Virus record (IMG/VR): IMGVR_UViG_3300025951_000004
DNA length: 29,190 nt
DNA from: an uncultured virus (IMG/VR IMGVR_UViG_3300025951_000004)
Lineage: Duplodnaviria; Heunggongvirae; Uroviricota; Caudoviricetes
Reading direction: 5' to 3' (one strand)
This document shows positions 15,079 to 23,865 of this stretch, piece after piece (positions within the stretch are counted from its first letter, which is position 1; each line of letters opens with the position of its first letter). Under the pieces are notes generated by a model. That model worked only from the letters and a program-made list of their open reading frames with translations. It searched no databases and had not been told where the DNA came from. The position numbers and the translations under genes were made by a program.

Positions 15079-16760
15079 CCGGCACCAACGCCCAGCGGCG
15101 GCTTCGATGGGTCGAGCCCGCGCTTGCGCAAGTACGCCTCGGCGAGCCGGCGCATGGCCTCGGGCTCGGACCGAACCGAGAGCACGCGCTCGCCTTTGGG
15201 GTCGATCACCCCATCGCTCTGCCAGCGCTTCACGCCGAGCGTGTCGAGGATCACCGGGTCGCTCCCCTCCTCAGCCGTCAGCCAGTACTCCATCGTCGCC
15301 GATTCCTGGCCGTCTCGATGGATCCGACCGGTCAGCTGTTGGTGGACCTGCGGCGACCAGTCGAGCTCGCCGTGCACGACGCGCTTGCAGGCCGCTTGCA
15401 GCCCATCGATCCCCTGGCCCGAGCGCAACGACATGATCAGCAGCTTGGTATCTCCGCGGATGAACCGACCCGCGGAGTCCTCTTTCGCGTGGATGTTCTC
15501 GAGCCCGGTGTAGAAGGCGGGAGACCACCTGGCGAGAAGCTCGCGCCATCGTGAGTAGACCTCGTGGTGCCAGCCCGAGAGCAGCACTGGCTCGCCCGTT
15601 GTCTCGAGCAACTCTTCAACGAACGCGGCGACGGCGGGGGCCTTGGCGATTCCTGTCCACTGCCGGAGCCGGTGATCGAGTTTGCCTCGCGCCTGGAACC
15701 GCTGCTTGGGCGCGGCATAGAGCGCCGCCCAGGCGAGGGCCTCAAGTTCGCCTCCTTCCTCTCCGCGGAGCGGGACATCGACCACGCTGCGGACGATCGG
15801 CGGGAGCTGGCGACCAACGTCCTCGCGACTGCGGCGGAGCATCAGCCCATCGTCGCGCAGCCAGGCCCCGAATGCGCGTGGGTCCTTGATCGACATCTTT
15901 TCCCCGTCGCCGGTGCACCACTCGCGCAAGAACTCGGCGCGCTCACCCAGGGCGCCCGGCGAGATCACGCCGACCACGTTGTAGAACTCGCCGCCGTAGT
16001 TGAAGATCGGCGTGGCGCTCAGCCCCATGCAGCGCTCAGCCTTCGTGCGCAGTTCAACTGCTGACAGGTACTTCCCTGTCCCCGCGTGGCGGAGCTCGTG
16101 GACCTCGTCGAAGATGACGGCGCGCGGACTAATTTCGCTCGCCCACGTCGTCAATCGCGAATAGGCCATGATCAGCACTTGCGCCCCCTTGAGCTTCTTC
16201 CGATCCCGCTTCGGCACTCCGCCTGGCGCGTGTCGGATCACGTAGACGTCCGCAGTCGGCAGGAACTCGGCGAGCTTGCGGGCCCATTGCTCGAGCACGT
16301 TGAGCGGCACTACCACGACCGCCGGCAGGTTGCCCTCGCGCGCGAGCAAGGCGATCGCGGTCACGGTCTTGCCGAGCCCGAGCTCGTCTGCGCAGAGCAG
16401 CCCGCCGGTGCTGTGGCAGAGCTGCGCTGCCTGGTCCTGGTAGGCCCGCGGCGGCTTGGCCATCCCAAGCGTCGTCTTGCTATAGCCGCCGTCGAGCACG
16501 AGTCGGATCTGCGCCTGGACATCGCTATGCCGGCGTGCCGACTCGGCGAGGTATTCCGCGTCGACCTCGCTCAACCGCAACGGGAACCGCTCGCAGAACC
16601 ACTCCAGCTCTGCGCTGTTCGCCAACGTCGCGGTCAGCCTGAGCCGCTTCGCCGCGACGTCGATCCGCGGGAACCATCGCTTGACCTTGATCGCTACGTG
16701 GGGCTCCAGGTCATCGAGCACCCACGTGCGATCCTCGTGCCGCAGAGCGCCGTAGGTCAC
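15072..16760 (-). CDS. SNF2-family SF2 helicase (562 aa; start GTG at 16760)
   Basis: PRAYQ, LCADELGLGKT, IFDEVH, LSATPIFN, GQGIDGLQ, ELDWSP..HQQLTGRIHRDGQ; GTGA overlap with the upstream gene. Confidence 0.93.
   Translation of the reverse strand: MTYGALRHEDRTWVLDDLEPHVAIKVKRWFPRIDVAAKRLRLTATLANSAELEWFCERFPLRLSEVDAEYLAESARRHSDVQAQIRLVLDGGYSKTTLGMAKPPRAYQDQAAQLCHSTGGLLCADELGLGKTVTAIALLAREGNLPAVVVVPLNVLEQWARKLAEFLPTADVYVIRHAPGGVPKRDRKKLKGAQVLIMAYSRLTTWASEISPRAVIFDEVHELRHAGTGKYLSAVELRTKAERCMGLSATPIFNYGGEFYNVVGVISPGALGERAEFLREWCTGDGEKMSIKDPRAFGAWLRDDGLMLRRSREDVGRQLPPIVRSVVDVPLRGEEGGELEALAWAALYAAPKQRFQARGKLDHRLRQWTGIAKAPAVAAFVEELLETTGEPVLLSGWHHEVYSRWRELLARWSPAFYTGLENIHAKEDSAGRFIRGDTKLLIMSLRSGQGIDGLQAACKRVVHGELDWSPQVHQQLTGRIHRDGQESATMEYWLTAEEGSDPVILDTLGVKRWQSDGVIDPKGERVLSVRSEPEAMRRLAEAYLRKRGLDPSKPPLGVGAGC
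16313..16362. repeat. 50-bp dispersed repeat (donor, inside the SNF2 gene)
   Basis: 48/50 identical to 25649-25698. Confidence 0.95.
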
Positions 16761-17113
16761 AGCCGCGGAAGGTAGACGACATGGAGCTTCTTCCCGCCGA
16801 TCGACGATGGCATCGACCTGAGCTTCGCCGACGTCGTCACGAGCACGAGGTCGATCACCGTCGGGTCCTCCGCATAGCGACGCAGCTGGGCCTCGACCGC
16901 CTCGACCGTCCCCTTGACCTTCAGCTCGATCGCGGTCCCGCCCACCCGCAGATCGACTCGGCCTCGCGTCAGCGGAACTTCCCTCATCGAGTTCTCGCCG
17001 GCCCTGCTCAGCGCCGCGTGGACGTCCTCCGCCAGGACCGACTCCGGCCCCGGGCGGGTGATCAACGTGCCGAGGATCGAGATCACGGATCGTGCTGCGC
17101 TTTCCATCTTCAT
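16757..17113 (-). CDS. Small PD-(D/E)xK restriction-endonuclease-fold protein
   Basis: REV...GRVDL....AIELK.........QLRRYA (E / D / ExK / QxxxY). Confidence 0.8.
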   Translation of the reverse strand: MKMESAARSVISILGTLITRPGPESVLAEDVHAALSRAGENSMREVPLTRGRVDLRVGGTAIELKVKGTVEAVEAQLRRYAEDPTVIDLVLVTTSAKLRSMPSSIGGKKLHVVYLPRL

Positions 17114-17285
17114 TCTCTGCCGGCCGCAGGCGAGCATCGCGGACGATAATCACGGTCGATTGGTCTGCGATCTCGACGTGATGCCAGCCTTTTCGACAGC
17201 TCTCGACGTAGCGACCGAGGCACCACTGCGGGTCCGCCATCGGCCCGAGCGCGACCTCGACGGCGGACCCAGGCCCGTACTTCAT
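17110..17285 (-). CDS. Small SH3-like beta domain (MKYGPG...); no in-frame stop at the expected end, so the end coordinate is nominal
   Basis: ATG at 17285 in a TGATG overlap; YGPGSAVEV...WCLGRYV....GWHHVEI......IVRDARLRP. Confidence 0.45.
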
Positions 17286-18736
17286 CAGTGGACCGTCGCG
17301 CCTGGCAGCGTGGGCTCGAGCTGAGCGATCCGGGCCTTCACGAGATCGTCGTCGCCGAGCCAGCCCAGCACGACCGCATCTCGGCAGTTCGGCACGAAGT
17401 ACTCGAGCGTCTTCATGTCGACCTGCTCGTCCGAACTCGCGAGCACGCCTGCGGCGAGGTCGGGCACGTACGAGAATTCGTGGCCACCGATGTCGACGAC
17501 GTTCATGTCGGCGTGCAGCGTCGGAACCGCCAACTCGGTCGCGCGCTCGCGAAGCGCATCGACGACCCGCTGCCGACGCTTCTTGCGCTGCGTCTCGAGG
17601 ATGTAGATCCCGAGCAGCGACTCGGCGCGAGTCAGGCTCGAGACGCGGGCGCGCAGTTCCCTGTCCGCGAGCGCACCCGATCGCGGCTCGATCTGCCTGG
17701 GTGTCGAATCGCGATTGATCAACCCTCCCAACTCTTGGAGGCGCGCCTCTATCACCTCGACCACCTCGGGCCTCGGCTCCTCTCGGCCGCGCTCGTCGTC
17801 GAGCACCCACTCCAACACGATCGTGTCGCGGCAGCCCGGCACGAGCCGATCGAGCGTGTCCAGGTCGAGATCCGACGGGCTCGTCACGAGCACGGCCGCG
17901 TCGATGTCGACGTCGAGCGCGGGCTCGTTCTGGTCGTCGCCTTTCTCGACGCGGATGTACGCGGGTAGGAGCGTCAGCTCAAGCACGCGGTCCTTGATGG
18001 TCTTCACCACGGGCGCGCGCGGCTTCGAAGCGAGCTCAAGCTTGGCGACCGCGAGGATGGTCGCGGGCGAGGTGAGGTAGCCGATCCTCGCCACGAGGGC
18101 GGCGCTGGCGAGTGGTCCGCGCTTGTGGGTCGTGCCAGAGCTGCCCCCGGTCGTGATCTCCTTCGCGTGGGTCCGCGTCCGCTTGGGCGCGACCTCGAGG
18201 TAGTTGACCGGCCTTTCGTCCGGGGCGAGGTGCGGCAGGTAGGTCTGCCCGTGCTCGTTGAACAACACCTTGAAGTTGTGGACCTCGACCGAGCTCGCGC
18301 CGTTGCGGGCGGCGACGTCGTGGAAGCCGGCGAGTTCGAAGTCCCACTTTCGCTGCTGCAGCTTCGGCCGGCCCAGGTCGTCGAGCTGCGGCGCGCCATC
18401 CTTCTGCCGCACTTCGATCTGCGTCAGGCAGGTGTCGATCACGCTGCGCTGCATGGCCGCGCTGAGCTGTCCCCAGCGATCGCCGTTGAGCAGCACCCGC
18501 GCATCTGCCATGCCCTCGGCCCGGTCCTCGAGCGAGGAGATGCGGATCGTGCCGAGGATCGGCCGGCCGTTCCTGGCCAACGCTTCGCCTCGCGGCTCGT
18601 CGTCATCGTCACGTGACGCATGCGCGGAGAGGACCACGATCTTGACGTCTTTGAGACGATCGCGGTGGCAGTCGAGGTTGCTGGCGGCCTCGAAGGCCTC
18701 CTCCATGGTGTTGCTGGGGTCCTCAAACGTGGGCAT
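17285..18736 (-). CDS. Phage metallopeptidase-like domain (degenerate) plus four helical repeats
   Basis: AAGGAG RBS; ADARVLLNGDRWGQLSAAMQRSVIDTCLTQI...DDLGRPKLQQRKWDFE..GF.DVAARNG resembles the phage metallopeptidase family, but DHELxH is replaced by DTCLTQ. Confidence 0.65.
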   Translation of the reverse strand: MPTFEDPSNTMEEAFEAASNLDCHRDRLKDVKIVVLSAHASRDDDDEPRGEALARNGRPILGTIRISSLEDRAEGMADARVLLNGDRWGQLSAAMQRSVIDTCLTQIEVRQKDGAPQLDDLGRPKLQQRKWDFELAGFHDVAARNGASSVEVHNFKVLFNEHGQTYLPHLAPDERPVNYLEVAPKRTRTHAKEITTGGSSGTTHKRGPLASAALVARIGYLTSPATILAVAKLELASKPRAPVVKTIKDRVLELTLLPAYIRVEKGDDQNEPALDVDIDAAVLVTSPSDLDLDTLDRLVPGCRDTIVLEWVLDDERGREEPRPEVVEVIEARLQELGGLINRDSTPRQIEPRSGALADRELRARVSSLTRAESLLGIYILETQRKKRRQRVVDALRERATELAVPTLHADMNVVDIGGHEFSYVPDLAAGVLASSDEQVDMKTLEYFVPNCRDAVVLGWLGDDDLVKARIAQLEPTLPGATVH

Positions 18737-18784
18737 GGTTGTCTCCTTGGATGATGGGTTGCATGGGCTCTTGCATGGATCTGC

Positions 18785-20917
18785 TCATTGCGCGGAGAAC
18801 CTGTGTGCGAGTCGGGTCCACCGCCTCGCTGACGTTGTCTGGGTAGCGCGCTGGATCGCGGCGTCCTGCCCGACCAAAATGCAGAGTACCTTCGCGCGCG
18901 TGATCGCAGTGTACAGCAGATTCCTGTTGAGCATCCGGCTGTTGTCGCGGAGCACGGGCACGATCACCGCAGGGAACTCGCCTCCTTGGCTCTTGTGGAT
19001 CGTCATCGCGTAGGCGAGCTTCAGCGAGCGTAGGTCGTATCGCGTGTACTGCTTCTTGGCACCGTCGAAGTCGACGGTGATCGTCGCATCCTCCAGCTCG
19101 ACGACCGTTCCGATGTCGCCGTTGAAGACGTTTCGCTCGTAGTCGTTGCGCGTCTGCATGACGCGGTCGCCCACACAGAACCGCCGACCGCCGGCCGCCC
19201 AGAACGACTCGGCATCGCGCCCGCTGTAGCTCATCTGGAGGCGCGAGTTGAAGGCGTCCGTCCCGGCGGGCCCGTGGTGCCCGGGACAGAGCACCTGGAT
19301 CTGATGCACGGGATCAAGACCGTAGGCGAAGGGGATTCGCTCGACGGCCAGATGAACGCCCTTGCGGTGCGCTTCCTCGGCTGTCGCGGCGCCGAGGCAG
19401 TAGAACTGCCCATCGCGACCCGAGTCGGAGACGAGCGGCTCGCCGCGGAGCAAGCGGTGTGCGTTGCTGGTGATCGACGAGCCGGCGGCCTGCCGGAAGA
19501 TCTCCTTGAGCCGGACGACGCAAATGTTGTTCCCCGCGTCGGCAGCCTCAAGCACGTCGGCCAGGATGTTGCCGGGTCCGACGGACGGGAGCTGATCCGC
19601 GTCGCCGACCAGCAGGAGCCGGTGCTCGATCGTGAGGGCGGAGAAGAGCGCGTCGGCCAGCTCGAGGTCGAGCATCGAGACCTCGTCGACGATCACCAGT
19701 CCGGCCGGCAGCGGGTTGGACGAGTCGAAGTGGAAGCCACCGCTTGGAAGCGGTCGGAGTAGTCGATGGATCGTGCTCGCGAGCCTCCCTGTCGCTTCGG
19801 CGAGGCGCTTGGCGGCGCGCCCTGTCGGAGCGCAGAGCGTGACCTCCCAGCGCGCGCGCTCGGCCATCTCCAGCACGGCTGCGATCGCCGTGCTCTTGCC
19901 TGTTCCTGGTCCTCCGGTCAGGACCGTGACTCCCGATCGAGCGACCGCATCGAGCACGTCGAGCTGCGCCTCCGAGAGGTCGATCGAGCTCGACGGGTCC
20001 CACACGGCGCGCACCGGCCTGACCAGCGTCAAGATCTGCTCGGCAACTCGGCGCTCCATATTGTCGGCCCCCGACATGAGCAGGAGGCCAGCCTCGTAGT
20101 GGAGCGCGCCGCGTTCGACCAGGCTCTCGATCGCGTCACCAACCGCCCCCGCTCGGACTCGGCCGAGCAAGGTCGCCGCGTCGTTCTCGAGCTCCTTCAC
20201 TGGCATCCCGCAGTGACCGTCTGCGCGCTGGTCGACCATCGTCTGCATCACACCGGCGGCGACTCGGTCAGCATTCTCGGGGTCGAGCCCCGTCGCGCGG
20301 GCGAATCGCTCCGCGATCTTGAAGCCGAAGCGGTCAATACGGACAGCGACGGCGAACGGCCGGTTGTCGAGCATGTCGATGCTGCGGTCTCCGAACTGCT
20401 CGTGGATCGCCTTCGCCAGTCCCGGGGGCGCACCGACTGCAATCAGGCGAATTCGGATCTGCGCCACCGGTCCGCTCTGCTTCTGGTGGTGGGCCTTGAT
20501 CCTCGCTAGCGCTTTCGGCCCGACGCCCGGGATATGCCGCAGGTCGTCGATCGATTTGTCCATCACCGCCCACGTCTGGGCGCCGAACTGCAGCACGATG
20601 CGCTCGGCGGTCCGCTCGCCTACCCCCGGGTACGTCGTCAGCCGAGCGATGATCTGCTCCTCGCTCGTGGGCGCGCGCAGCTCGAGTACCTCGAACTTGA
20701 ACTGGCGACCGTGCTTCCTGTTCTCGACCCACTGGCCGCGCGCGATAAACTTGGCGCCCTTCTCGACGGTACCGTCGATCTCGCCCACCAAGATCTCTTC
20801 GCAGTTTTCAATCGTCGCCCGCAACACGGAGAAGCCCGTATGCGGGTCGCGATATTGAATTCCGTCGACCTCGCCATCCACTTCCTCGAGCCTCATGTTC
20901 GCGCTCTGCTGGATCAC
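18785..20917 (-). CDS. recD2: RecD2/TraA-family ATP-dependent DNA helicase
   Basis: N-terminal OB and HhH motifs (PGVGERTA, IPGVGPK), FGFKIAE, TGGPGTGKST, APTGRAAKRL, IVDEVSM, VGDADQLPSVGPG, TIHKSQGGE, LLYTAITRA. Confidence 0.95.
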   Translation of the reverse strand: MIQQSANMRLEEVDGEVDGIQYRDPHTGFSVLRATIENCEEILVGEIDGTVEKGAKFIARGQWVENRKHGRQFKFEVLELRAPTSEEQIIARLTTYPGVGERTAERIVLQFGAQTWAVMDKSIDDLRHIPGVGPKALARIKAHHQKQSGPVAQIRIRLIAVGAPPGLAKAIHEQFGDRSIDMLDNRPFAVAVRIDRFGFKIAERFARATGLDPENADRVAAGVMQTMVDQRADGHCGMPVKELENDAATLLGRVRAGAVGDAIESLVERGALHYEAGLLLMSGADNMERRVAEQILTLVRPVRAVWDPSSSIDLSEAQLDVLDAVARSGVTVLTGGPGTGKSTAIAAVLEMAERARWEVTLCAPTGRAAKRLAEATGRLASTIHRLLRPLPSGGFHFDSSNPLPAGLVIVDEVSMLDLELADALFSALTIEHRLLLVGDADQLPSVGPGNILADVLEAADAGNNICVVRLKEIFRQAAGSSITSNAHRLLRGEPLVSDSGRDGQFYCLGAATAEEAHRKGVHLAVERIPFAYGLDPVHQIQVLCPGHHGPAGTDAFNSRLQMSYSGRDAESFWAAGGRRFCVGDRVMQTRNDYERNVFNGDIGTVVELEDATITVDFDGAKKQYTRYDLRSLKLAYAMTIHKSQGGEFPAVIVPVLRDNSRMLNRNLLYTAITRAKVLCILVGQDAAIQRATQTTSARRWTRLAHRFSAQ

Positions 20918-21261
20918 CGAAACCTCGCGGGACGCCCGCCGTGCTTCAAAATCACCGTCTTGAGCGTGTGCATCTCTTCATCGGTCGCCATCCGATCGGG
21001 ATCAAACATCCCGGAGTAAACGGCTAAGCGACAGGCGACGCTGTCCCTTCCGACCTGCAGGACGAAGCCGACACAAACCTCGGGCCTGGTGTCAGGGCTG
21101 CAATGGCACTGCATGATTCGCTCGTTCGCCCCGCCCCTGACCATTCGTAGGAGTCCCTCGGCATCGATGATCCCACCCGGGAATCCGCGAGCGCGAACTG
21201 AACGTCGCCAAGGACAAGTCGGGCACGGCATGCGGAGCTCGGAAGGTTCGACGATAGTCAT
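20914..21261 (-). CDS. Cys-rich protein, DUF6283-like (115 aa)
   Basis: PCPTCPWRR...MQCH......VCVGF........RLA; TGATG overlap at the start. Confidence 0.7.
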   Translation of the reverse strand: MTIVEPSELRMPCPTCPWRRSVRARGFPGGIIDAEGLLRMVRGGANERIMQCHCSPDTRPEVCVGFVLQVGRDSVACRLAVYSGMFDPDRMATDEEMHTLKTVILKHGGRPARFR

Positions 21262-22253
21262 CACGGTGGACCTCGTCCGGCAAACAAGCTCCGCGGTGGA
21301 CCTGTTCCCGTCGCCTCGCTGATCTCGCGAAGGTCGACCCACTCGACTCGGAGGATCCGACCATCGGGGAGTCGCGGAGGCGCTGGCCGAGACCAGCCCT
21401 GCGACGACGCGATCTCATCGTCCAAGGCCAGCATATCCTCGAGCGTGGCCAGGTCCGGGCATGCCGGGATCGCCGTAAGCCTGCGCAGCGGCGGCGGTGC
21501 GAGGCGAGGCCTCCGTTGGACGGGATCCGCGTGCGGCATCTCGACGATCATGCCCTCGCGCCAGTGCTTGCCGGTCCGCGTGGTCAAGCCCACGGACTCC
21601 AGATCAGCGAGCCGGATGTTGAAGGCGGCCCCGTGCACAGCTCCGACGAGAGCCCGGATGGTCGCCATCGAAGCTGTGAGACTGGATGCGTTAGTGAGCG
21701 CCGCGCCGCGCTCCGCAGCAGCGAGGACATGCATCGCCATCGCTACCCCGACGAGCGCCGCGGGCCGGCTTCGCGCGCGCGAGCAGTCTCGCCAGATCCC
21801 GGCCACGGCCTTGGGCGATGGCCAGAGCACGACCGGGTTGGGCCCGTCGCCGAGCAGGTGCAGCTCGATGATCCGCCCGACCTTGCGGCGCTCCCTCCGG
21901 CGGCTCACTGGGCGCGGACCTCGCGTCACCGTGACCTTCCCGACCGACCGGAGGTAGGCGAGCCCGCGCTGGACCGATCGGAGCGTGAGCCCCGTGCGCT
22001 TGGAGATCGTCTCGTCGGACGGCCACACCATCGAGTGCTTGCCAGACCACCGGAGGTAGGTCGCGAGGAACAGCCAGACGATCGTCGCGTGGGCTCGACC
22101 TGGGCCCCGGGGCATGGAGGCCGGGAGCGCGAGCCGCCGGAGGATCGTCGGGTGTTGGCGGACCGCTGGGCACTCAGCTCGGCTTGCGAGCGCTTCAGCC
22201 AGCGGGCGGCTGTCTTGGGTTGCGCGCGTGGGCGCGGCTGCTGTATGCTGCAT
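21261..22253 (-). CDS. Winged-HTH protein, possible replication initiator
   Basis: VWPSDETISKRTGLTLRSVQRGLAYLRSVGKV is an HTH_36-like pattern typical of phage replisome organisers. Confidence 0.65.
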   Translation of the reverse strand: MQHTAAAPTRATQDSRPLAEALASRAECPAVRQHPTILRRLALPASMPRGPGRAHATIVWLFLATYLRWSGKHSMVWPSDETISKRTGLTLRSVQRGLAYLRSVGKVTVTRGPRPVSRRRERRKVGRIIELHLLGDGPNPVVLWPSPKAVAGIWRDCSRARSRPAALVGVAMAMHVLAAAERGAALTNASSLTASMATIRALVGAVHGAAFNIRLADLESVGLTTRTGKHWREGMIVEMPHADPVQRRPRLAPPPLRRLTAIPACPDLATLEDMLALDDEIASSQGWSRPAPPRLPDGRILRVEWVDLREISEATGTGPPRSLFAGRGPP

Positions 22254-22292
22254 GGGTCGCCGGTGGCCTGGTTCAAAGGCCGGTGAGTTCCC

Positions 22293-22332
22293 AAGAGCGC
22301 GCGGTTCGTACCCGTCGCGCTCTTTTTCTTTG
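22293..22332 (+). terminator. Intrinsic-terminator-like hairpin (T-tract on the + strand)
   Basis: AAGAGCGCG-CGG-ttcgtac-CCG-t-CGCGCTCTT followed by tttcttt. Confidence 0.5.
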
Positions 22333-22562
22333 GTTCACGACCCTACCACAAGTGCGCGGCCGAACGCGAGAGGCTTCCTCGACGTTAGGTTTGGTTGGCT
22401 CTGAGCGGGTCCTGTAGATGTGTCGACAACGGCATGTGCGATGGTCACGCGTAATTCGGGCCGACTTCGCGCCGTTCTGGCGCTGCTGATGCCGATGTGT
22501 CGCCAACGGCGAGAGAACAATTACAGCGCATTCGGAGGCAGAATCCGGGGAAACAGCCAGGC

Positions 22563-23201
22563 CTACGAGAACGCGCTGCGGAGCAGGAACGCCCATCGGA
22601 TGCCTGGCGGCAACGGCGAGAACAAGCTGTGCCACGTGCGCTCTACCCCGTGGAACCACAGCCTCGAGTTTCCGCTCATGACGATCGCGTCGCCGCTGGA
22701 GAGAACGACCTTGTCGGGCTTGAGATCGCGCTCGAGACCACCGATCAAGAACTCGCAGTCGGCTCCCAGGGACACGCTCACGAGCGGCTTGTCGGTGTCG
22801 AGCTCTTGCGTGTCCACGTGCAGCCCCAGGCGGCCTCCAAGGTCGCTCTCGTAGGCGTTGAGCAGCATCGAGTCGAAGGAGATCCGCCGAACCCCTGCTC
22901 GATCAAGCGCTCGGTGGCCCAGTTCGTGCGCGAGCTCGGGGATCGCCGGGAGCTGGGCGCCTGTGCTTGGGTGGGTCAGCGCGTAGTGGTAGCCGCGACG
23001 GCGATCCGCGAAGAACATCCCTTCGCCTGCGCCGGTGACCTTGCAGCGAAACGGCGTGCCGTCGGGCATCGTGGGCACGAGCAGCGGAGCGGCCTCGATG
23101 ATCTGCGTGCCGAGCCGCACCAGATCGAGCTGGTCCTGCGCGGAGGCGAGCCCGCGCAGGACATGGAAGCCGCCAGCTTTCCAGCGCTTCGGGTCGGCCA
23201 C
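22563..23201 (-). CDS. alkB: AlkB-family 2OG-Fe(II) dioxygenase (212 aa; start GTG at 23201)
   Basis: DSMLLNAY, LGLHVD (HxD), PLVSVSLG, F.IGGLER, GD.IVMSG.SRLWFHGV, C-terminal R.....R. Confidence 0.92.
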   Translation of the reverse strand: MADPKRWKAGGFHVLRGLASAQDQLDLVRLGTQIIEAAPLLVPTMPDGTPFRCKVTGAGEGMFFADRRRGYHYALTHPSTGAQLPAIPELAHELGHRALDRAGVRRISFDSMLLNAYESDLGGRLGLHVDTQELDTDKPLVSVSLGADCEFLIGGLERDLKPDKVVLSSGDAIVMSGNSRLWFHGVERTWHSLFSPLPPGIRWAFLLRSAFS

Positions 23202-23809
23202 TAGAACGGGATGTCCTTGTCGTCGGTCGCTTGTCGCACCCGAGCATCGAGCATCGCCGGGCCCTGCCACGGTTGCTCGTCGGACACAGATCGCCGCCGC
23301 CCATTGATGCGAGCAGACAACGCGCCGTCCTTTTCGGTCACCTTCACGACGTCGACGCCGATCCACCAATAGCCGGCCCAGCTTGGCACCCGCGGCGGGA
23401 CGTGGGCGGCGAACTGGCGCGCGAGCGCGCCGATGACCTCCGGCGATTTGTAGGCGTCGCCAATGCCGGCGGCCAAGGCCAGATCGCGGAGATCACCGAG
23501 CGCCTGCGTCCGCGAATTCTCAGCGACGCGGCACGTCATCTCTTCTTTAGACTCGGGCCGCAGGAACTCGAGTTCCTCGAACGGAAGCCGGGCGCTCGAG
23601 ACCGTGTGCGGCCCGAAGACCTTGAGCAGCTCCCACAGCGGCATCTCGACATCTCGTTGGGTCGGCACGCGCGTGGTGTCGCGCTTCGGATTCGCCTGCC
23701 CAGTTGCTCGCTCAGACTCTGCGTCGATGTACTCGGCCAAGACATGCGCCCCGAAGGCTGTGAGCCTGGCTGCAACGATCGTGTGGACCCCGATGGTTTC
23801 TCGTTTCAT
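23201..23809 (-). CDS. Multi-domain phage hypothetical protein ending in DDKDIPF
   Basis: RLTAFG...MPLWELLKVFG...PFE domain; GYWW segment; acidic C-terminal tip. An alternative GTG start lies at 23848. Confidence 0.65.
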   Translation of the reverse strand: MKRETIGVHTIVAARLTAFGAHVLAEYIDAESERATGQANPKRDTTRVPTQRDVEMPLWELLKVFGPHTVSSARLPFEELEFLRPESKEEMTCRVAENSRTQALGDLRDLALAAGIGDAYKSPEVIGALARQFAAHVPPRVPSWAGYWWIGVDVVKVTEKDGALSARINGRRRSVSDEQPWQGPAMLDARVRQATDDKDIPF

Positions 23810-23865
23810 CGAAGGCCTAGACCGGGCCCGACGCGCTTTGATTCCCACGCCGGGCCCGGTCAGGG

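Noticed and set aside
18759..18778. ttgcatgg direct repeat in a short intergenic gap
   Set aside because: Only two 8-bp copies and no further occurrences noticed; too weak to call an operator.
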